Shown here in pieces: positions 38,582 to 53,513 of a stretch of 64,000 nucleotides of DNA. The DNA lies in assembly GCA_025201805.1 (NCBI GenBank), contig MU619373.1, positions 1 to 64,000 on the forward strand. Reading direction: 5' to 3'. The DNA comes from Parasitella parasitica NRRL 2501. Lineage: Eukaryota; Fungi; Mucoromycota. The notes under the pieces are model-generated. The model had not been told where the DNA came from, made no database searches, and was given only the letters and a program-made list of their open reading frames with translations. Position numbers and translations under genes: made by a program. The first letter of the stretch is position 1. Each line of letters starts with the position of its first letter.

Positions 38582-40525
38582 CGCAGCAAAATCACTGCTA
38601 AATCATTTTTTCTTGTTGATTACTCTGTAAAATAAATACAATGAATCTAAAGCATCAACTTTTTCACTTTTTGGATAAAGGCACAATCTATCATCGACAT
38701 CAAAATCTAGTTATAGAAGCGTAGAGAAGACAGACCTAATTCTATACTAACCCAAATCGCCAGATCTATAGCAATCTATGATATCAACCAAAACTTATAG
38801 TAGCCATACGTAGATTGATAGTAGTCTATATATATCAAACTTTATTCGTCAGACAATGATACCTCAAATATTAATGGAGTAAAAAATCTCAAATAAAATT
38901 TACCATAATGAAATGTGAGATGTTAAAAAACCCTTTATTCGTGTCTTATTTACAGGATTTGTAGCCATACCACCTGGTATTTGTTGCTGATTGCAATATA
39001 CAGATTCAAAAATGCAAGTAGTTCACATTTAGGTATTTAAAGTTACGGTAGATAGACTCAAAAAAAATGCAGAGAAAAATAACAATATTTTCAACACAAT
39101 AGTGGGATATTATTGTAAAGGGATATATTGTACCCCAATATGGAGTTTTTCTGCTCATTATGAACTCTATGTATTTTCTATTTAGTCTTCCATTTTCTCT
39201 AGGGCACCAGAATAAGTTTCATTATCTAAAAAGTCTAAGCTTTCCCGATTTTTCCATTTTCCGTTGGAGCGCTTCAAGTTTTTACTTGTTTGTATTCTAC
39301 ATCTGCTTTATAGAATAACATGACATATGCTTTAGTAGATTTGCATATCAAATGCATTAAGCTATCTTGTTATATACAATGACAATAATCCCATGGCTGT
39401 ATCAGGCATTGTAGCTACCAATTTGATTCTATATATAAAACTGGAGTGGAGAATTATATTATTGACATGTTATAAACATACACTGCATGACTGATCTTCG
39501 GCATTAAATGTGCTATCATGTCCCCTCTCTTGGTGAAATTTTGACACATAAGCTTGCCGCAAGATCATAATTATGTAGCACCTAACCGCAAATCTTAAAA
39601 AATAAGTGCAGAGTGCATACGATATTGTCTTTCTTGAACCGACAATCAGAACACCTATTCAGAAGCATAATTATATTTATCAAGTGCTCAATTTGCATGT
39701 ACATATAATATAATTTGGGCTATAGAATCCGGATTTTTGTTTGTTCCGTTTACTCAACATGTCCTTGATATCTAAACAAGATAGACTCTATTCAGCAAGT
39801 TTTTTGAATGATATACAAAGTCAAACAAGTCGATTGAACCGGTCATTAGTATATAGATGCCATGTGATACATTGATTGTAACACTCATCTGAAGCCTCGC
39901 CGGTCGGTTCGGATGACATTTATGTGTTTATTATGTTTTCGTTCATCTTTTTTTGGCATTTAATTATCCATCAAAATAGAAGAGCTCTACCCCTGAATCC
40001 ACAGGAATACAATATAAACGAAACATCTCGAAAAAAAAAAAAAATCAGGCCGATTAAGAGACCACGTTTTCGCCTAGTGATTTTATCCGTTTGACCTTTG
40101 TGGAACTCTACTGTTCCCCGAAAATCCGAAAGCAAAAGAGGTGGCATAGAGAAAAAAAACAGTGTTAAATAAGGGCCAAAGCGCCAATGATGTATACAAT
40201 GTGATTTACAGCATGTGTTCTTAAGGATATTTCTGTCTATTCCTTGATATTCTACAACATTTTTACCAGGTAAACATATATACATGAGAAATACTAAATG
40301 AACAAAAATAACAGAGCCTACTGTGATCTCATCAACAGAAGGGGTGAAGGTTATTTTTCTTGTTGGCACAATAAACAAATATTATGTTTAAACACACTGA
40401 GGCCCTACGGTTATTGTTATTTTTTTATATACAGGTTTTTTCTTTGCCTTTAAGTTCTTTTTCTTTCCATTTTTTTTTCTTTTTCTCTCTTTCTTTTTCT
40501 CTCTCTTTCTCTCTACTTGTTCATC

Positions 40526-43003
40526 ATGGCTGGTACTTTACGTTGGCACTCCTGTTCAACAAACGATTTTCCACTTAAAAGGCATAAAGTATCAAAAGCA
40601 TGTGAGGCATGTCGAGGCAAAAAAATGAGATGTGACGGCAGTAGGTATTGTGAATGAGCTATGGTGGGTATGATGCTGACCGTTTTTACTAGATAATCCT
40701 TGCCAACGATGTGAGAATAATAAGATTAAATGTAAATACAATGATAAACCGAGTCGATCGCGTAGCCAAAAGCCATCACCAACAGCAACATCTGCGACAA
40801 AAGAGGAAATCGCCGGCACCACAATAGAAGACTTAGAATCAGGGACACTATCGATCTCAAACAGAAAACTCCATAAAATAACGTTCAAGAACCACTTATA
40901 TGAAACACTTAAATTTAAATCGCTCAAAATACGCCGCTATGGGCTCTCGTTACCCCCATTGCTGGTGGGATTCTTCGATACAACATCGCAGTCGACTAGC
41001 GTATGGACTCGGTTAGTGGATTTACTAAACCACATCGACAACATTGAAAACATCGAAAACACCGAACACTTGGAGTCGATCAAAAACAATTTGGTAAAGG
41101 AAGCCTTCAGACTGTTCGTCACACACAACCTGGTGTATGGCTCTTTCATTCACTCACAGTTGTTATCGTTTGTGCTCAATTCCAATGCCTTGCACCAGTT
41201 CATGCGCCCTACTGAACCGCAGAAACAACATACACAACCCTACTCACCTAGACCATCATTATCAGCATTAAATCATCGTTATTTGCCTTATTTTTCAATC
41301 ATCATATATAGCATACTTGCAATTACATTTCTTTCTGCTTATCTTGTTTTACCCAACAATAATAGTTCCATTCCAACCGAAAATTTGTATTTATATTCTC
41401 ATGTCTTTTACCGTGAGGCTCATAAACAATTTCTTGAAACATGCTTTCCAACAGCATCAACAACAGCAACCATATCAGTCTCGGAACCTATGCAAATGAT
41501 GCTTCTGGTGCAAGCCTCGGTTCTTTTGGCTCATTTCCAATGTCAAGCAATCAGCGAAGAACAGGCCTACATGACGATCCGAATAGGGCTAGATTTTGCG
41601 CAAAGATGTTCTCTTTCAGCTGATGTCGTATTGCAAGATGATAACAGCGACTCTATGAGAGATGCGCTATCGATATCGCTGGATTCTTGGTATGCTTGGT
41701 TGTCGTTCTATCTTGGAAAGCCTTATTCTGAAAGGGAATCCAGTGGCAGTGAGGATCAAGATCCAAAGGAGTTTACCCTATCCCCAAAAAAGACAGATGA
41801 ACAGAAATGGGCTTTGCAGATAACTGACACATACACACGCTTCTTGAAGGTTATTTTGTTGAAAAATAAACACCAAAAAACAAGCATCAAGTCGATCAAG
41901 GTGAATACACTGAAAATGCAACCTGAAAAAAAAAATCAATCATCTAACGAACTATATTTGCACCTAAACAGGATTCTCTGAAATCACTACAAAATGCATT
42001 GTTACCGGAGCAGCGCATTCTTGAAACAAACCAGCCCTATAAAGCCATCTGTTTATACAATGATGTTTTAGCCATTCAACTCTCTAGCTGTTATTTTGAT
42101 TTTATAGATTCTACGCTGGCTGATCCCACATTGCTAGATTCCTCCACATTATCAGTATCGAGCCAATCGACCGAGAATACAACTTCACCAACGGCAACGA
42201 CACCGCCAGACGAGTATCGCCTATTTTCTTCAAAGCACGATATGCCTGTTCTTGATATTTGTATTCAATCATCCAAGAATATTCTGACTGTAGTGTATGA
42301 AATGGTGCAAAAAGACATTGACGGTAGCCATCCGGTCCCCAGCACAGCTATTTACGCTACTTGCCTAGTATCTCAATTGCTTTTCTTTTTCCAACGCTGT
42401 AAAAAGCCGCTCACCATGGAAAAGAAACAACAAGACGCAATCAATTCTATGAATTTGCTCTATACACATTTATTCAAACTACTAAAGTATGCCTCGAGCC
42501 ATGTAGAGACATTGGCCATGCTATTGGTGCAGCTAAACGACAATATTGGAGACACTAAAATACCCTCGTTATCGTCCTCGCCACATACTGACAAACATCT
42601 TAGAAAAAGCCAGGTCCCTCCATCCCCATCTCCCTCCTCCTCCTCAGATGTAGCAGTTGCGGCCCACGTGGCAGCAACAGCATCATCTACAGCAGCTATG
42701 ACAAACAGTATTGCAGCACACGAAATTCTGTCACAATCAAATGCTAGCGAGCTCTTGATGGTTGCAGACCCCGGCTTTAGCGTCAATTCCAACACTGCCA
42801 AATCCACACTGGACCATTTGTCATCAGTTCCAACGCCTAGCGTGATATCAAGACTGGATATTGATAGAGAACAACTAGAGAAGCTGTCTCGTAAACCACC
42901 TACTTCTTCACGCCAGCAACAAATCAATCACAATCAAATGCAGCAGCAAATGCAACAGCGTCAACAGTATCAGCAATATCAGCAATATCAACAATATCAG
43001 CAA

Positions 43004-43098
<95 letters not shown>

Positions 43099-43108
43099 NN
43101 NNNNNNNN

Positions 43109-43203
<95 letters not shown>

Positions 43204-44692
43204 ATATCAGCAACAACAGCAACAGCAACAGCAGTTTCTATTGCAACAACAACAACGGCAGCAACAACGGCAGCAACAGCAGCAGCAACAGCAGCAGCAA
43301 CAGCAGCAGCAACAGCAGCATAATGTCCACCAATTTGATTTGCATCATCCTCAATCTGGCTCCAATTATCTATTCTCCAAATATGTCTCTGCAACAGGTG
43401 TTCCCGTCATTACCACCAACAGCTCTCAGAAAAGGGAGAGTTATTCTGGAGGCTTTTCTCAACCTGGCGATACAATTCCCGTTGGCTCTTCAGCGGCGGC
43501 AGTGGCAGCAGCGGCTGCTATGAACAATCAATATTACTATTACGGTTCGTCTTCTACAAACCCCATCCATCACGGTAAAAGGCAGATGCAACAATACAAC
43601 AGCGCTTACCATGACTATTCCATGCAACAGCACCCATCTAAAAGGTTACGCTCAGACACGATGACATCGTACGAAGACGCTGGTGGCGGTGGTGTTGGTG
43701 GCGATACGTCTACCATCCATTCATTTGAGGATTCAGGGATTCTTCGATCTCGCAATAATAGCCTAGAAACGCCGACCACGACAGCAGCGACTAGCTTTAT
43801 CGATGTGGATGAACTAACAACTGCTACCGATTCACACCCATCCGCAGTACAGGTCGCAGACGCAGATTTGATGTATTGGATGCTGGATGATCCAGGGAAC
43901 CAATTTTATCATGACCAGCCTCAGCAGCACCAACAGCATGCATTTTCAAGGCAGAATAGAGCGCATGCAAGTAACAGCGGCGGCAACAGTAGTAGTGCGC
44001 CTTCCAACAGCATGCTTCTACTCCAGCAGCAGCAGCAGCAGCAGGCCATGGAGCAGGAATCAAGCAGTCATATGAACGCCAACCTAACAAAACTGCCTCT
44101 TCCCCATCCATCTAAACCAACTTCTATGCCTTTAAAAAACTGGTCTCCAGCTCCTGCTCAATATTCCAACAAGTTTTTCTTTGCATCCGAGGTTCAAACA
44201 TTGCATTACCAAACACCATCATTAATCAATTTTGAAAATTCGTCGTTCCCAATTGGATTGAATGTCATACACGAGGAGGAAGGCGCCGAGCAGCACCCCT
44301 CAACATCATCGTCCTCTTCATCACCGTCGCAGCTGCTATGTCCACCTACCCATTTACATCATCGGGCAAGCATTACTTCGGATAAAAGTGGCAGCAGCAC
44401 GAGTGGGAGTAGTTTTGGTGGCGCCGGTGGTAACAGCAAACGCACAGATACGATAACAACGGTGGAGGCTGCTGAAGCTGCTGCTGCTGCTGCTGCTGCG
44501 ATTTGGGCATCCACTGCTGCTGCTGTTAACTATACAGGCGATTCTGCAACGCGAATATCTTCTCCATCTCACTCAAGACGCTCGTCTGCTTCTTCTCAAT
44601 ATCGTCATCGTAATAACTACCAACAATCAAATAGTAAATCTACTCTTGTTCATTACATAAATAATGAAAAGGTAGGCAATGACGAATACTAA
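40526..44692 (+). CDS. Zn(II)2Cys6 transcription factor with a long polyQ tract
   Basis: KACEACRGKKMRCDGN-NPCQRCENNKIKC across intron 40641-40692, a helical middle region, and a second intron ~41901-41971. Spans an N gap. Confidence 0.88.
43001..43318 (+). repeat. (CAACAG)n hexamer/polyQ tract containing an assembly gap (43099-43108)
   Basis: Near-perfect CAACAG units on both sides of 10 N; true length unknown. Confidence 0.95.
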
Positions 44693-46866
44693 GGTCATGG
44701 ACGTCCTGCACTCCTCCTCTTCCTCTCTTGCTCCTTTTTTTTTCTTTCTTTTTTGTTCATTTCACATCTAAAACAATTCCATCATATAATAATTTCATTA
44801 TTTAGCCTGTACTAATATTATATATCACATTCATATACATACATATACGCATATACTATACACATCTTTATTTTTTTTTTTTTATAAAAAAAAAGCCTGA
44901 ATTTGCTGTCAACTTCCATTTATATTGAAAAAAGTAATACAGTGGTCCTACTTGCAAAAGCCATCTTGCGGGTTTCAAATTATATGCGCATCAACCACTG
45001 CCACTGCACCTCAGAGAACTAAACTTTGGATTTCGTATAGTAGTAAACGCAGCTTGTAACATAAACATACTTGGTGAGCAATTCGATGAAAGTGTTTGTT
45101 TCAAAATTTTGCATACAAACTACTTGGAAATTTTGCAAAAAATGCAAAATTCATATATTAGACGACGAGTCAAAAAAGCTATGCATGCATCACTAAATTT
45201 GATTTATTTAAAACAAGGAGAAAGGCTTGGCGGTCATTTCATATCAGGCTATACGTTAGGAAAAAAAAAAAAAACTCATCTTCTACACCGAAAATGGCAA
45301 AATCAATGCTTTTAACGAGCTTTCATAAGATAAAACAACTGATGAGATCAATCGCTTTTTTAAAGAAGAGCGCAGAAAACTGATAATAGGCTATATTTCT
45401 TGTACGAGGGTACTGGCGTGGTATATTTCAGCTGTCTGCAAACAATGAAAACTCGAGATATGCACAGTTCAAAGTGGGCTGCTTATGCATTGTCGCACAA
45501 ACATCGCTTAAATTGAATCTACAGGTATGGGCTTTGTTATATAACCTGGTCTCTATGCTTTGTAATAATAAACCATATACCTCTGTCAATGTCTAAATAT
45601 ACACTTTATGTACGATACATATATGATGTTGAAGCTTGGCTAATCTGTATTATTTCTAGTTTTTTCCTATTACAATAAGGCCAAAAATACATTTACTTGC
45701 AGGAAAACAAAAATGCAAGCGCCTTTTTTTTTATCAATATATTAATTCAGACATGATATGCATTACATGTTTCAAGACAAATTTTTTTATGGATGCTGTC
45801 AAAATCATTTAGACTGTAGCTGGATGATGCCAGAACTCGTGGTGGAGTATAAATTCAAAAAACTGCCACTATCAGATGCCAAAACTCACCTTTTTTTATT
45901 AATTGAAAAATTGGCTATGTTCTGCATTGGGCATACACCAACCTGTAACAAGACGTTTGACTGAAAACATGACATAATTTAAGGCAATTACTATGCTGCC
46001 CTGAAGAAAACTGATCACAGCGGAGATTCTACATCTGGTATCCTCCCTTTCTGATCAAAGAAATGTCTTGCAATATAAGCGTATATTCGTCCACTCCGGA
46101 GATGGGCATTGGGACAGAAGTACGGCATCTAGAAGAGAAAGGAAACGCAAAGAGTTGGGCACATGCATATATGTTTTACGTAAAAAGAAATGAGAAGCTA
46201 CTTTTGTTCTTTTTTTTTCTGTAAATCTGATCTGCCAAAACAAAAAAAAAAAATGTCTCTGTGTGTGTATTACATTCATATGTGACCTAATTAAAGTATT
46301 CATCGATTTTAGTTTCAATCCTTTATTATTAAATGTTTCAAAACAGCATATGGGTTACGTTGTACAGTAATTATGTGGAATCTGGAAGGGCAAAAAAAGA
46401 AAAAGAAATAAAAATAAAAAAAAAAGACGGGCGATGTAAATGATAAAGGCTTCCTGTTTGTGAAACTGCTCAAAGGATAGATTGATTTGGGAAATGCCTT
46501 TCAGGGGCATATAACAGAAAGTTCCCTTTTTTTTGCAGTAGAAGAGCTAGAAAAAAAGGAGGAAATCGTATCCCACTCCACATCGCTTTGTTTTATATGA
46601 AAAAGGGGATGAAGGATGGGAAATGATGTGAGGAGGGGAAATAAAAATTGATTGTAATACCCATCTACATTTGCTCCCTTTGGGAAAAGGATAATGCAAT
46701 GTATATAGTATTCAACAAGGTGACACGTTTTGTATAGGTTGATTGTGCGTATTTTTGCGTTACATGGCCTTCTTGGAAGAGAAAAAGCTTTTTTTCTTTT
46801 TCTTTTCTCTTTTCCCCACACGTTTTTTTACTTTGCTGTACATATAATACCTATACTCTGATTTAA

Positions 46867-48902
46867 ATGTCAAGAGCATCATCGTTCCTATCATTCAAAT
46901 CAAAACAAAAGCTCACAATGGAAGATTTAAGTCGAGACATGAACCAAAAGGCAAATGTTGCTGCATCAACAGCAACTACCAGCACTACCAACAGCACCAC
47001 CAGCACCTGCACCGTCATGCCCACGCCTATAGTGTTTGATGAAAAATTAAATTCTAAACAACGACTGGAAATACTGATCAGCCAGGTGGATGATGAGCCG
47101 CTCCATAATTTAATGCAAACTGAATTCCAACACATGCTGATCGATCAGCAGCGTCTAGTGACAATGCTGGAGCAGAAATCTGAGCTGGCCCAGGCTGAAA
47201 ATGAAGAGCTGAAGCTGATCATCGGTGACAGCCAGAAAAGATACGAGAAGGCTGTCCGAGAGATGCAATTTTTCAAAAAGAAGTTTGACCGACTGGTTGA
47301 ATCAACTCGCACAGCAGAGCCATTCCATCAACTGCAAAATTACCTAACTACTAGCCCTCCGCAGCAGCCGCCGACCGTAGTCCAGCCAACTGTCTCCACA
47401 GAAGTCGCTTCATCCATTTACTCGTTCAACTCTAATAACAGCGGATCAGAGAAACTCAATTGGCCGACATCTCCCACTCTCTACTCTGAACCCATCAGCA
47501 ACGATGGGGGAAGAAATAATTCTAATACAGCACCTAGCTTATACAGTAATTTCTCAAGCAGTACTGAATCCACTGTCTTTTCACACTTCCAGCAGCAGCA
47601 GCAGCAAAAGATCCTGGAAGAAACCACTAAAAAATCACCGACTGCATACCAGTTCTCCCGCAACCCGTCCCTGGTCTCATCCTACTCAATACCAAGCACT
47701 GCGCCCTCCATAGTATCCTCGTCAGGAGCCTCAACTACCAGCACAGCAGCAGCGCCAATGACGCCAGTACGCTCCAGCGTCTCTATGCCTGCTGCATATA
47801 CAGAAAACTCGATGATCCTGCAAAAAAAGACAGACCCACTGTGTTTTGGAGGCTCAGAGACGTTCTGGACGACGCTCAGCACCGGCAGAAGGAGTGATGG
47901 CACTGTGGAGAAGATAGTAAAGTAAGGGCAAAACCCCAAAACAAGATTCCTTCTTGTTTCTTGTTTTTTTTTCTCACACTATCATCTTGATAGGAACTTT
48001 CTCCAGCGAGGAGGATCGCCTAATACTGCCAATCAGTCATTTACAGTGCCTGATCACGCTGTCAAGTACGGATATGGTATGATTCATGCTTTGATTGTCA
48101 CTAAATCTTCTAGTGCTTTAAAGCTTCTCCTTGAGCACGGAGCCAATCCCAATGCCGTGAGCATAAGTCAAGTAGACGAGGATAAGGTACGTTATAAAAC
48201 TGGGAGTAAAAATTGAGGAGGCAATTCTAAGGAAGGAACTATAGTCATCGCCCTGCTATCTGGCCGCTCAGGTTGGCTGGTTTAATGCATTGTACCGAAT
48301 CGTCGAGAGCGGTGGCGATCTGATATCAGCTCGAGGAGGAGGCAGCAAGCAGCGAACAGCACTCCATACCGCTGCGGAGAATGGCTATATGCACATTGCC
48401 GAGTACATTGTCCACATGACTCAAGGCACATTGAACCTGGAAAAAGACTCGTCAGGTAACTACTGCCAGCAGTGAGAAAGAATATGTATGTAGCGGACAT
48501 CTGACTCGGCCTAATGTAGGTGCCCTTCCTTTGCACTATGCCTGCACATCAGGCAATACAGACCTCGTTTCTTTTCTGATCAAGGTGTGCCATAACCCAA
48601 TAGACGATCATGACAACAAGAGCGAATCGCCGATACACTGGGCCGCGCGTAGCGGGAAACTCGAGGTCGTAACGCTCCTGACCGAGACGTTTGGGTGCGA
48701 CGTCAATGCATACGTATCCAAGAAGGTCCCCACGCCCTTTGACATAGCAAAGTCATCTGGTCACAAGCGAGTTGCTGAATATCTGAAAAGCAAAGGGGGG
48801 ATCACAGCAAAAAAAATGGATAAACGAAAAGAAGACGACGATACTCCTCCACATCTAAAGTCTGCCCTGTCGAAAAATGGGTTTTTCTTGAGTGGGTTTT
48901 AG
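46867..48902 (+). CDS. Coiled-coil plus ankyrin-repeat protein
   Basis: LLLEHGANPNA, TALHTAAENG, PLHYACTSG, SPIHWAARSG, TPFDIA; three introns. Confidence 0.88.
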
Positions 48903-49920
48903 AAATACAATTTAAAAATTCAAATAAAATACTTGGTTTTGGATCATGACATATAACAAGCTGCTGCTACTTGATAGCTGTTTGCTGGGTGAAAAAGCAT
49001 TCGTTGTTGCAATAGCAAAACAGGAGGTCTGTATACATCAGGATGAACGTTGCAGCTTTCCTATTTCTCTCTCGATGCATTTTTGTAAACAATACTTGGT
49101 AGGAGATTCAACAGTAGCTGATGAGCCACGAGCAGGCCTGCCTCTATTACTGTGATGTGTCCCATAGGAAGTATAAAGGAGAGCTTGTGTGTTACATTTA
49201 AGGCTTTTCACAGACTCTTGAAACAAGGCATTTATGTCTTTTCCAATCGATAAAAGCAAATGGTTGCTACGTTACGAATAGACCCGCTCTACATCGTACT
49301 ACTGCGATAGTGATTGATGACATCCTGGTCCTCCGTTTATTTCTATCTTGTACATGCTAATAATATACCAGATCCAACCATCGGAGAGGATCAGGTTTTG
49401 TATTTCATTCTTCTATTTTTGTCTTGTTTTGTCGTATACAGCACAATCAAATTGCCATCCAAATTGCACCCTTTACTTTGGTACGGCCACCCGCTCTTAT
49501 TGTATGCAGCTTTGCTCTTGGCGTGTACCCGTCGACAACATGTAGTATAAATACAAACTGTAGATCATTTTTTGTGCCAGCAGGCCCTCTCACTACATCC
49601 ACATCTTTTTAATACTCGTTTTTTTTAAAAATCAGCTCAATCAACAGAGGTTGTCAATGTCAAGAAAAAACTACGTGTTGAACTGTATCTACAAAAAAAT
49701 AAAAAAAAAAAAAAAATTCGTTGTTTCTTTGGATCAATGGCAAAAGAGATTGTTCCACCAACAAGAAATGGAATCACAATTACAAAAGGTTTTCTTAATA
49801 ATGGGCTAAAAAAAGAAATTTGTGTGTTTTTTTTTTTGTGTAAGTTTTTAAAGCATGTTTATTTTTCTCTTCATCCTTTCTTTTCCTTACATACTTTTCT
49901 TTTTTCATTCGAAAAAAAAG

Positions 49921-52008
49921 ATGGGATTCAATGCTGTTGCTGACCATATCAAAAAGTGGAAAAAAACTTCCAACCAACTAGTTACACATGACATTGTGGC
50001 AACCACCACCACAGCACCTGGCTCAACCAATGCATCAACAGTTGCTGCCACAAACCTCAACAACAAAAAACTCCGAAAGCCACCCTCGCCACCAACAAAA
50101 CAATATCCACCTAGCCCAGATAGCTATTTGCAAGGCATTGGCGATTACACATTCGTCAAGCAGATCGGCCAAGGCAAGTTTAGTAGAGTAATGCTATCCA
50201 CACATTGCTTGACACAGAAGCAAGTGGCTGTGAAGGTAACGTTTTTGTTTGTGTAAAATAAAGGGGTAAATCACTAAAAAATCAAGGCTTCAGATTATCG
50301 ACAAAAGAGTCCATGACTACCGAGTCATATCAAGACTAGTGCGAGAAATCTCGCTGATGGAGGCGCTGGATCACCCTAACATTGTTCGGCTGTACGAGAC
50401 ATACGAAACAACCGACTCAATGTATCTTGTCATGGAATACGTCGAGGGCTACAACTTGGATGAATATTTACAGCAGCGAGGTGGCAAATTGCCCGAAACA
50501 GAAGCACGAGATGTGTTTCGACAAATGGCTGCAGCAATGGATTATTGTCATTCTCGGTGGGTTGTCCACCGAGATTTAAAGGTAGAAAATAGATTGATTG
50601 TTGTAAAACATTGTGGTAACCTTATTCCATAAAAAGGCACCGAATATATTGCTGACCAAGGATTTTCAAGTAAAGATTGCTGATTTTGGACTTGGAAACA
50701 GATATGGCAGAAGACGATTAAAGACAATCTGCGGTAAATTAAGCACACTATTTTTGATTTTCATTGTCGAGAGATGCTGACTCGATTGCTGCAAGGTTCA
50801 ATGCTTTATTACAGCCCAGAAATCATCAACGGACAAGGATACACAGGCCCAGAGGTGGACTGCTGGTGTTTGGGCGTCTCGCTATACCGCATGACTGTAG
50901 GCGAGGAACCTTTCAACAAGGCAAACAGTATGTACATATGTCTTTCTATGTCTGTCCATTCGCTAACACAACTCTTGCTATTGTGCAGCTGTCGGTGATC
51001 TCAGAAAGGACGTTACAGGAGGCAATTTCATTATACCTGCTCACCTGAGCGCAGAATTGAAGAGCACAATCTTGAAATGTATGTCCGTGGATAGAAGTAA
51101 GAGAAGTCGAGTTCACTTGGCCCTGAGAAACGATCCTTGGCTTTTCGACAATGGCAAACTACCCAACATCTTTACATTTGGCGTCACAGCGCAAACTACG
51201 ACCAACAACACCACTGCCTCCAGAGAAGACGAGCTTGCCCGCCTTAAAATGGAAAAAGAGCAATTAAAGAACCAGCATCTTCGAGATATGGAGCAAGAAA
51301 AGATGTCCAAGAAATTCATCAAGCGAACCATTGTATGCCACCCTAAAAACCCATCCATCTACTTTACAAGTGTTATACCACATTCATCAAAACCAGAGGA
51401 CACCTATACAAACAGCGAAAAACAAAGACATTTGCTATTCCAAAAAGTCAACGAACTATCACATCAAATCCAGCTCTCGCCAGCCCAAAATGCAGGCAAC
51501 AAATCACCCATTCGACATCTACTGAGAAAACTCAAGCAGCCGGACAATCATGTACCGCACAGTAGCCTGGGGATGTCACTCTCAGCCGCAAATGGCTCTC
51601 AACATGACTTGAGTGCAGTTCCTATCTCAAGCTGCAGCACTCTGACACAACAGAGAAATCCCATCAGAAAGACATCCTCCAACATGAGTCTATCTCAGAT
51701 ATACCAGCGAGTGGCCAAAGACCAGGTCCATTACTACACCTTTCAATGGACACCTCAGGCGGCTTTGCACATCACGGGTACTAGCAAACCAGCGTCCGTC
51801 CCAATGCAGTTTAGCCATCAAGATGAAGCCACTATGATGCTCATCATTCGAGGAATCTGTGACATTATGGGAATCACATATCATCGTGATAAAAACGACC
51901 GCTTGATTTGCGTAATGGCATTAAGCGACTACATCAATGAGAAACCACGGTCGTTCTACAAGCTGAAGCGTAGAGACAGCAAACTGATATCGTCGAGCCA
52001 GTCTATTT

Positions 52009-52048
<40 letters not shown>

Positions 52049-52739
52049 CGATACTCATTCGACAGCAAACGACGGAAGTCAAGCTTCATTCAGCCGCAGC
52101 AGCGCAGGATTATCAGACATGAACCGGTCTTCGCAATTTGTTGTAGGGGGCAGTCGATTCAGCAAGTTCAAGAGAATGACCAGCCATGTTTTATCCAGCA
52201 TATTTCCTTATCATTCATCTACTTTGGTGGTGCAAGACAGCCGATCTGTGCGCTACCCCCCGTTTCCATACATCAATGCTGCTGCCAGCAACGCAAGCCG
52301 TCTCAACACGGTTAATAGAACGCATGCCGGCTCACAGTCATCTCAGCAATCTTCGCAGCACACAAGCGAGGAGGACGGCCAAGACAAGAAATCGGGCGTA
52401 GCGGTTTTTGCCATCGACATCATCTCTCTTTCAAAAGATTTGCAGAATAGAGTAACGGCCATCAAATTATCCAAATTAGAGGGATCCTCCAAGGTGTTCC
52501 GCATAGCTTGTGGCTGGATCACTGGTGTGATTGGGCAGAATATCAGCCCTTCACAACTGACTGATCAATTCAACAACACTCTCATGAATTGCAACCTGAA
52601 TACCAGCAGTGCAGATATACCCGCAGCAATGACGGTGAAGAAATCGCCTTCACAACCAAGATTAAATAGACCCAAATCTGTAGTTACATCAACACCTGCA
52701 GTTTTCAATACCAGTAGCGTCCCTAACTCACCCAACTAG
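49921..52739 (+). CDS. CAMK-group Ser/Thr kinase (AMPK-related, Kin1/MARK-like)
   Basis: [37 protein letters not shown]...[11 protein letters not shown]; possible split KA1-like C-terminus; four introns. Confidence 0.9.
52008..52049 (+). repeat. (AAC)14 microsatellite encoding poly-Asn
   Basis: Perfect AAC repeat within the kinase CDS. Confidence 0.92.
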
Positions 52740-52782
52740 TAGTATATCGTACATATGTATACCTGTATAGCAAAATAAAATT

Positions 52783-52874
52783 TTATTGTATTTTTGAACC
52801 GTCATCTACTACGACCGAGTGCATGCTTGTTGTTACGTTGTTGTCTTGTAGCAGTTGATTACTACTATTACTAC

Positions 52875-52905
<31 letters not shown>

Positions 52906-53223
52906 ATCATCAAGAGAGTCGTCATTGAACAATGAGCCATCTTGTTCCGAGGAAATTGGTCCACTAAAAAGCGTCTCTTGTTGTTGTTGTTTTAATTGAT
53001 CGTTTTCGTAGATGATTCGTAACAAGCGAGATCCTTTTGGGAGTGATTCTCGAAGCTTATGCATTCCCTTGTCCATACCAAGTACTCCACCACATGTTAG
53101 GCCTGCAAATGTTCCCACTTGACATATATTTAGTTTAGGTGATTTCATTGTTCAATGGATATCACTTACGGATAGTTGGGATGGCTGTTGCTGGCTTTTG
53201 TGCAGTTGCTCTGGACCTGGCTA

Positions 53224-53264
<41 letters not shown>

Positions 53265-53513
53265 CACTTGTGTAAATGTTGTATTTTATTTGCTGGCTTA
53301 CCCCAAAGACGCGCAGACATGCCAAGTGATGCAGCACCAATTGTCGCTATGTTAAACATGGTATGGTGGCATAAGAAAACGGAAACATAAATAGAATATC
53401 ATGAAAATACCTAGTGTGATAAAATTAAACACTGCAGATCTGATAACCAACAATTCGTCTTGGGTTGGCTTATAATCGATCAATTCAAGCTTGATATCGT
53501 CTTTGCTAGGCAT
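52783..53513 (-). CDS. Small membrane protein of unknown function (Gly-rich TM segments)
   Basis: Spliced model MPSKDDIKLE...GAASLGMSARLWARSR...AIPTILGTFAGLTCGGVLGMDKGM; at least three short introns, exon limits uncertain. Confidence 0.6.
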
